64,000 nt of DNA from Eledone cirrhosa. Its lineage: Eukaryota. The notes under the pieces were generated by a model, which saw only the letters and a program-made list of their open reading frames with translations, was not told the origin of the DNA and did not search any database. Position numbers and translations under genes: made by a program. This document shows, piece by piece, positions 52,915 through 64,000 of this stretch (positions are counted from its first letter, which is position 1; every line of letters starts with the position of its first letter). The stretch is taken from contig OZ024743.1 of assembly GCA_964016885.1 (NCBI GenBank), positions 362,018,001 through 362,082,000 on the forward strand. The letters are read 5' to 3'.

Positions 52915-53545
52915 AGGCGGTGGATTGGCAGTATTGGTAGAGGGTCTGATACCTTGCTTTGACGCATAGAGTTACGGCCTTTGCCATTCTGATTTCAAAT
53001 CCCGCCGAGGTTACCTTACGGGGTCGATAAAATAAAGTACCAGTAATGTACTGGGTAATTACTGGCATTGTGCCAAAAGTAGAAACAATTGTTACTATAC
53101 ACACAAGGGCAGCTGATTAGCAATATCGGTAGAGGGTCGGACGCCATGCTTTGCAACATAGTTTTGACCCTTTACGTTTTGAGTTCAAAACCCTCTGAGG
53201 TTAACCTTGCTTTTCATCCTTACGAGGTCGATAAAAGAAAACACCTGTAACGTACTGGGGTCGATTTAATCGACTTTCCCCTCCCTTGTGCCTGAAGTAG
53301 AAACAGTTATTAGTATACACACAAGGGCAGCGGATTGGCAGTATCGGTAGAGCTTCGGGCAAGATGCTTCGCGGCATAGAGTTACGGGCCTTACCGTTCT
53401 GTTTTCAAATCCCGCCAAGGTTATCTTTGCTTTTCATCCTTACGGGGTCAATAAAATAAAGTACCAGTCACGCACTGGGGTCGATTTAATCGACTTTCCC
53501 TTCCTCCAAAATTGCTTGCCTTGTGCCTATATGAGAATCCATTAT
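52914..53545 (+). mobile_element. Three tandem tRNA-derived SINEs (family B)
   Basis: Units begin AAGG(G)C at ~52914, ~53105, ~53323; A-box-like TGGCAGTA..GGT, B-box-like TTCAAATCC, central TTTCATCCTTACGGGGTCGATAAAATAAAGTACCAGT, tail TGTGCC...AGTAGAAACA. Confidence 0.88.
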
Positions 53546-53725
53546 TTTTATACACACGCGCACACACGCACACACACGCACACACACACATACACTCACA
53601 CACGCGCACACACACACACGCACACACAGACACACACACACACACGCACATGAATTTGTTTTGCAAGGGTTTAATAAATTAAAGAAAAATAGCGTAGGCA
53701 TTACAATATAACGGGAGGAAACGTA

Positions 53726-53780
53726 ATAGTACCACTGATGATGTCACAGATGTGTGACCAAAGAACTTTGATAGACTATA
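53726..53780 (+). ncRNA. Degenerate hammerhead next to (TA)n
   Basis: CTGATGA (53735-53741), perfect stem II GTCACA/TGTGAC, CAAA in place of GAAA, stem I ATAGT/ACTAT. Confidence 0.5.
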
Positions 53781-53945
53781 TATATATATTTATATCTGTA
53801 TCTTTAAATGATAAACATTGATTACAAGATAAATTACTTTGGAGATATAAAATATACAGAAGCGAAAATCAACCGAAACCAAACAGTGAGTGTGTTCTGT
53901 TATTATTTTTGACAATATTATAACAATGTTACCCTCCCCAAATAT

Positions 53946-54005
<60 letters not shown>

Positions 54006-54077
54006 TGGAATCAACAAAGCAGACAGCAGAATGCAATGAAGAAATATATTAGTTTAACTATTGGTGAAGTAGGAAAA

Positions 54078-54117
54078 GTGTTTATATTTTGGATACCAGT
54101 CCTTCATCAGAAGATAA
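54078..54117 (-). ncRNA. Degenerate minimal hammerhead
   Basis: Reverse strand CTGATGA-AGGACTGGTATCC-AAAA-TATA; CCGAAA to CCAAAA fits CpG decay; weak stem I. Confidence 0.35.
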
Positions 54118-54264
54118 AATGAGAATTAAAAGATAAAATAGAAGGGTAGAGGATGGGAAGAGGAAAGAGCTGAATTTTAATTTAAAAAAAAGGTGTTTAT
54201 TCGGTCAGCCATTTGGAGGAAATGCTGGTTAATGGGTTTACGTGTTACCCGGATGATTAAAAAG

Positions 54265-54530
54265 TCCACTTCGCACTGATAAGGTTGTGGGTTCGCGAGC
54301 TTTACTCATTTGCCTTAGCTTCATGTCGTCTCAAGCTTTATGAGTGAAATTAGGTAGACAGAAACTATTTGGACGTTGGCTGGATAGATTGAACTTTTAA
54401 ATTAAAGGGCCGACAGCATCACACACTGTGTCACATTGAACCTCCATGATAATTACATTAGGTTAAACGTGTCTGTGGAATGCTCAGTCACGTACACGTT
54501 AATTTATTTAGTAGGCTGTTCCGTTGATTT
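54265..54530 (+). mobile_element. Decayed SINE (family A)
   Basis: GGGTTCG B-box-like, GAAACTATTT, AATTACATTA, GTGTCTGTGGAATGCTCAG, GGCTGTTCCGTTGAT, similar to the other family A copies. Confidence 0.6.
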
Positions 54531-54699
54531 TGAGATGTTGCAATATATTATGACTGTTTGTTTTAGTCTTGCTTTTCTTGCTGTATATAATACGACTCTG
54601 GGTACATCAACACTTATGATTTGTTTGGTTTTAAGCTTCGTAATTTGCTCTGTTTTTGTTTTTCATATTGATTATTCGGCTGAGTAGATGTGATATTCA

Positions 54700-55339
54700 C
54701 TGCAGCGGTGCGATTGTGTTGTAGTGACGTGATGGAGCGGTAGTATGGTGGTGTGGTGGTGTCAAATCATGCTGGTGTTGTGATGTGTTCGGTGTAGTGA
54801 TGTGGTGATGTTGTGGTGATGCGATGGTGTGGGGGTGCAGTGATGTATTTGTGCGATGAGGTGGTGGTGTGATGGTGTGCTGCTGGTGCGGTGGGGAAGT
54901 AGTGCAGTGGTGTGGTCGTGTGGTTGCACGAGATGTATATATGCATACATGTAGTGGGTAGGGGGATAGAACGGGGAGTTGTTGGCTGAATAAGAAAGTA
55001 ATCACTTTCGCCTCGATTGCCCTGTCGTCTTAGCAAATCATCAATCGTCGCAATCACCAATAACATCATCCTCATCATCATCAATATCACTATCATCATC
55101 AACATCACCATCTTCATCATCATTATCATCATCATCATCATCGTCATGTCATGAAATGCATCATCATGATTAGCACCCCATTCATCATCATCATCATCAT
55201 TTTCACCATCACCATCATCATCTTCAGCATCGTCATTAAATCCACCATCATCATCATCAGCAGCAGCAGCAGCATGTTTATTATCGTCTTCAGCATCATT
55301 TTCATTACCATCACAACCATCACCATCACCTCCTCCACC

Positions 55340-55373
<34 letters not shown>

Positions 55374-55380
55374 TCACCAT
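54700..55380. repeat. GTG-rich and (CAT)/(CAC)-rich low-complexity tracts
   Basis: Directly visible. Confidence 0.85.
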
Positions 55381-56229
55381 CTGTTTACCTCTTCAACAAC
55401 TTCAGTTTATCGCCTAAACTGGCAACGAAACGAAAGTATTCAATTCAAAGGAGCAGCGTATAGTTGTATAGATAGGTGTTCGAAGTCTGATCTTGTATGC
55501 TGAATCTAAATATAAAATCAGATGTGTTCTCATTTTGTATATTTAAGGTTGTATCATTTATCATGAGGAAGTTCTCATTATGCCTGCAAAATTAATTTGA
55601 TCAAAACAACAGTCAGTACCACCTGAAATATATTTAAAGGTGGGGCTACTGTGTTGCTCCTTGTTGATGTTACATATGTTTTGGGTTCACGTAGATGCTT
55701 TTACTAGCAGGTCTGGTGACTTCGTAGAGGCTTTCTCGTTGGTACACGATAGGATATACTTTGTTGCGTAGACCCTGACCGCACTTATAGAGCAGAGGTA
55801 TGATCACAAGTATTTCAGACTTGATTGACGATCGCGTCTTTGCGGTTACCTAGATTTATGATGTAATGTCCACTTTCTTAGACAGTAAAGTGTAATTTGG
55901 AAGATATTGCTACTTATTACTATTATTAGTGTTGTTTAGGTTGGGTTCAAATACTAAGCTTTGTTATGGAAACTTGTCTGTCCATTGTTAAACAACATTG
56001 AGGCTCTCACATCAGCTCGATGTTGAGCTAGCTTTTGATCGTAATGCCTTGGTGAGTAGTTAACAAGCAATCGATTGGCATACTTTGTTACTGATTTATG
56101 AGTGAGAACAATGCGGTGTAAATAAAGTGAAATTGTAAATAGATAAAAGTATAAAACTCTGCCATCGAATAGAAAAGGATTTGCTTTCATGTTTTTATTA
56201 GAAATTCTTTCTTATATGTGTGTGTCTGT

Positions 56230-56510
56230 GGACGCAGCATAGTCGAAGAGTTTGATTCGTAGTTATAAGATTCCAGGTTTGACTCCAATGTGTGGCGTTT
56301 GGGGCAGGTATCATTTGTCATAGCTTCGGAGCAACTCAACTCTTGTAATTAAATTTCAGTGCATGGAAACTGCTTTGAAGCCCGTCGGATTGATTGTATC
56401 TGTAATTCAAATATGCACCCTTGACACGCATTCTGACGTGCTGAATATCGCTGGGAATTACATTAAAGATACACGTCTTTCTGAAATGTTCAGTTATTTG
56501 CACGTTTGCA
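56230..56510 (+). mobile_element. Decayed SINE (family A)
   Basis: GGTTTGACTCC B-box-like head; body GGAAACTG...GAAGCCCGTC...GAATTACATTAA...TTGCACGTT. Confidence 0.55.
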
Positions 56511-57155
56511 ATCCAGGAAAATGAAGGAGGTCCATTTCCTTTTCATCTCTACACTGACTTTGTTGCATAATTTCTCGTTTAGATTCGAATGCCTCAATTA
56601 TTATTTCCCTCTTTTAAAAATTAGGCTATTTATATCGGTTGTATTATTTTTAATTGCTTTGCTTCTATCATTCTAATATTTTGTTTCATGTCTCTCCTGT
56701 TTATGGCTTATCATGAATTGATTTGAAGTTTATAGTTTATTTCCAGTTTTCTCAGTATGATGAGAAATATAGAATGTAAATCAACAGACGAGATTTTCTA
56801 TTTCCTTTTGTTTTTTTCCTAAAACAGAAAATTCCGCCGGTCGCTAGTGGATAAACTCTGTAAAAACTGAGATTAATACGCCGTTTCTATTCCTTATCTT
56901 TCTAATGAGTTTTTGTATAAAACATTCATAGCGGAATAAAATGGTTTGACATCCATTTTATATTCTCATGGAAAAGTTATATCAACATATGTGTATTATG
57001 ATAGGGAAAGTGAAAATGTAAACATTATTTTTTTTATATTTAGAAGGATGCTCCTTTATGCTGGACATTAAAATGAACTCTTTAAGTGTTAGTATGTTGA
57101 CAAAATGAGTTTTGGGACTCAAATCCATAATACTTCTACACGGTATAGACATAAT

Positions 57156-57336
57156 TGTTTCTACTTTTGGCACAAGGCCAGCAATTCACCAGTACATTAC
57201 TGGTACTTTATTTTATCGACCCCGTAAGGATGAAAGGCAAAGTTAACCTCGGCGGGATTTGAAATCAGAATGGCAAGGGCCGTAACTCTATGCGTCAAGG
57301 CATAGCGTCCGACCCTCTACCGATAATGCCAATCCC
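57156..57336 (-). mobile_element. SINE (family B) with 10-bp target-site duplication
   Basis: Reverse complement of the 52914 unit; TAGACATAAT at 57146-57155 and 57337-57346. Confidence 0.88.
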
Positions 57337-58303
57337 TAGACATAATGCACGGAAATTAGAACCACAAGCACTCTTATGTACTCTCAGTAACGTGATGGAT
57401 GTATGTCAAGGACGAGTACAACTTGGAGAATCGTGCCATGCAGCATATTATTGTAGCAAACACAGTTCCGAACTGAAATATCTTGTTCCTTTACTGGACC
57501 TCCTGTTATATACTGTATAACTCTATTGCTGCTCTACAGCGTTAGGAAAGTTTTGTTGCGGATTTTAATTTGCGTATTATTATATCAGGGAGATGCATGG
57601 CAGATAAAGCCAATGAAGGTCACTGCATGAGTGGCTACTATTGGGTATATTTCGAATAAAACATAGGATGATGAATGTATATTAGCTTGGAGTTTGCAGG
57701 GGTGTAAACATGTTCCTTAAAAAAGTAACAGTAAACAAAGGAACGCATTCCTTGAACGAACGTAGTTAACCGATTTAATATCTATACACATTGTAATTAG
57801 ATTCAGTATCAACTTTATAGCTCTGTTTTGTTGCATATATGTCGAAGAGTAATCATTTTAACTTGATCATTACTCTTGGAAAGAGAATAAGATGGGTGTG
57901 AGTGACAGATAGGGAGAAGCAGGCCTAGAAGAGACAGTAATAACGACAGATATTGAAAGAGTGGGAAATACAGAAAGAGTGAGAGGGTGAGAGGGGGAGA
58001 GAGAGAAGGAGAAGATTGTAAATGAGAAGTAGAAGAGAGAATCAGATATAGTAAAAGGGACACAAGCTACTGAAAGGAGGAGAGAGATGCAGAGATGTAG
58101 GAAATAGTGTGGAATAAATAGGAGTAGCATTCAAATCATCATTATTAATGGCGGATAGGTTTTATTCAAAGACAAGTTCAAGTAAACAAATCACCAGGGA
58201 TGATATATTTACATACAGGCATGCATTCACACACACACACATATTTATGTACGCGTGTGTCTATGAGTGTAATATATATATGTAGTATATATTTATATAC
58301 ATA

Positions 58304-58453
<150 letters not shown>

Positions 58454-59115
58454 ATGGTTTTTTTTGTTTATAGTCAGGTATCCTGTCCAGCAGATATATT
58501 TTCGTTTTGGCTTGTGTAATTGAATCTGTCAAGGAAAAAATGTATGATATTCTTCTTCCATGGGAAGGTGGCTGTTTCTATTCCCCTTAACGAATAAAAA
58601 AAGTTTAGTTACGTTCAGAAAACATTGCGTGTCAAATATACGCATACATGCTCGCAGCTACACACAAAGGAAGGAAAGAAAGAAAAAGAGAAAGAAAGAA
58701 AGAAATGTTGCAGATTTAGTCACTGCTGCAGTAAACATATTCCTTGGTGAAAAATGGTAATTCTCATCTATTTGTTTGCTGTCTATTTTTTTCTCTCCTC
58801 TTCACAATAATGAGCTAAGCACGATCAGAATTTACTTATTGTTGCAAAAGAAGGTTTAGCTAATTCTATATGGTAATAAATTTAAACGAAATTGATTTAT
58901 AGAGAAGATATAAGCGTTATGTTTTTCGGGTATTGGCAAAAAAATAGTGATACCACGGGGAATCCCCGTGGTTGCGGTCAGGTGTAATATCCAATTCTGT
59001 TATCTTTATTGTTGCTCGACCTGCTACCAATTGTAGCTAGATTATTCTGAAGTTACACTTGACCATAGTTTAAAAAAGAATTACCGCAGTAGATAATGAA
59101 GTCTTGGTTATAATT

Positions 59116-59304
59116 GTTTCTATTTGTGGCACAAGGCTAGCAATTATTCCAGTACATTACTGGTACTTTATTTTATCGACCCCGTAAGGATGAAAGGCAA
59201 AGTTATCCTCGGCGGGATTTGAACTCAGATCATAAAGGGACATAACTCTATGCTTCAAAGCATGGTCTCCGATTCTCTACCGATACTGCCAATCCACCGC
59301 CCTT
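59116..59304 (-). mobile_element. SINE (family B) with ~15-bp target-site duplication
   Basis: Same family as 57156-57336; GTCTT(G/A)GTTATAATT at 59101-59115 and 59305-59319. Confidence 0.85.
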
Positions 59305-59539
59305 GTCTTAGTTATAATTTCAGTATATAAGTTCGCATAGATATTGCTGGAGCGAGGGTTTTGATCTTAAGTTTAATTTATCTTAGCTAGCATCTGGATA
59401 AACAACTTTACTTCACCTAATCTATAATTGCAAGTGGTATTTAACAGACAGGTGAGGTATGTTCTAGGTTGACCGGATCTCATCGAGTTATTTGAAAGCA
59501 TAGAAGTCGATGATGATCCATCTTGTAACGACTTTGGCT

Positions 59540-59818
59540 CAATGGAATGTATTAAGATAAAAATCCGAACTGCACATTTGACAGACGCAACGCTCAGAGA
59601 GATTAAGAAAGCCATACATATAAAAGAAAGTAGGCCACCCTCAATAAAATCATGAATGGAATAGCAACAGCCCCACAATCTAACGACTGATGGTAATATA
59701 AGAACATATAAGAATAAATACAAAAGGATTCACAAAGTCATAAACCCACCTTCGATAGAATACCACAATAGAATAATAACTACCCAGTGACGTGTAAGAG
59801 AAAGACCAAAACAAATTC

Positions 59819-59851
<33 letters not shown>

Positions 59852-60095
59852 TACACACACAAACCCACACACACATACACACTCACACACACACGCACAC
59901 ACACACTCACACACAGGCAGAGAGAGAGAGAGTTCATATGTGTAACAAATAACAAACTGGTTACTAAACTAGATAAAGCGAGGAATGGATAGTTACCAAG
60001 CTAATAATGCAAATGAAGTGAAACTCATCTAGTACATGTGGTTTTATTGGCAACATACATTCCCTAAAGTATAACAATCACACATTCAGGCAACA
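59540..60095 (+). mobile_element. Old PLE 3' remnant
   Basis: LREIKKAIHIKESRP resembles the RxIxEAIxI...PxLN GIY-YIG end; then a CA-rich UTR, a decayed hammerhead-like CTAATAA...GAAACT...AGTA at 60001-60034, and (TA)n. Confidence 0.4.
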
Positions 60096-60162
<67 letters not shown>

Positions 60163-60270
60163 TACACATATATATATATATATAAATATATATATAAATA
60201 TATATATAAATATACTATCCGGGAGGTTCCAACAGTAATGGTTGCATTCTTTAAAGGTATGTCAATATTT

Positions 60271-60376
60271 ATTTATAAAACTGGTATATATTATATTTTA
60301 TCTGATGAAAGCACACCATAATTTAACTTGGTGTCCTTGAAATATGTATAATGAAGTAAATATGGTTTTATAAATA
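60271..60376 (+). ncRNA. Type I hammerhead ribozyme, canonical core with extended stem I
   Basis: CTGATGA (60302-60308); stem II AAG.ACACCA/TGGTGT.CTT; GAAA (60339-60342); stem III ATA/TAT; AUA triplet 60348-60350; 8-bp proximal stem I (two G-U pairs) plus distal ATTTATAAAAC/GTTTTATAAAT. Confidence 0.85.
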
Positions 60377-60389
60377 TAGTTTCCATTTG

Positions 60390-64000
<3,611 letters not shown>

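Overview
Eukaryotic, AT-rich, repeat-only window with no host gene I can support. The SINE and microsatellite content suggests a cephalopod (Octopus-like) genome, but that is recall-based inference. Bases 1-35659 are a 34-bp tandem satellite (~1050 monomers, consensus CAGTGGAAACAATTGTTATAACTAGTACAGCACA) with nested higher-order periods (2346, 5950 and 10542 bp). The remaining 28 kb is a nest of retroelements at microsatellites: Penelope-like (GIY-YIG) remnants with inverted ends and a cluster of type I hammerhead ribozymes at (TA)n tracts; two decayed R4/Dong-type (RT + restriction-like endonuclease) LINEs in (TAA)n; a near full-length L1/Tx1-like LINE in the same (TTA)n tract; a sister Tx1-like family ending in (TCTA)n; and several tRNA-derived SINEs. 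Best leads: (i) hammerhead-bearing mini-elements, including a U3-A8 covariant core; (ii) a candidate 52-nt intron that would fuse LINE ORF1 in frame to ORF2; (iii) a near-complete satellite monomer at the junction of a tandem SINE trimer, suggesting the satellite's origin. All alignments and folds were done by eye.
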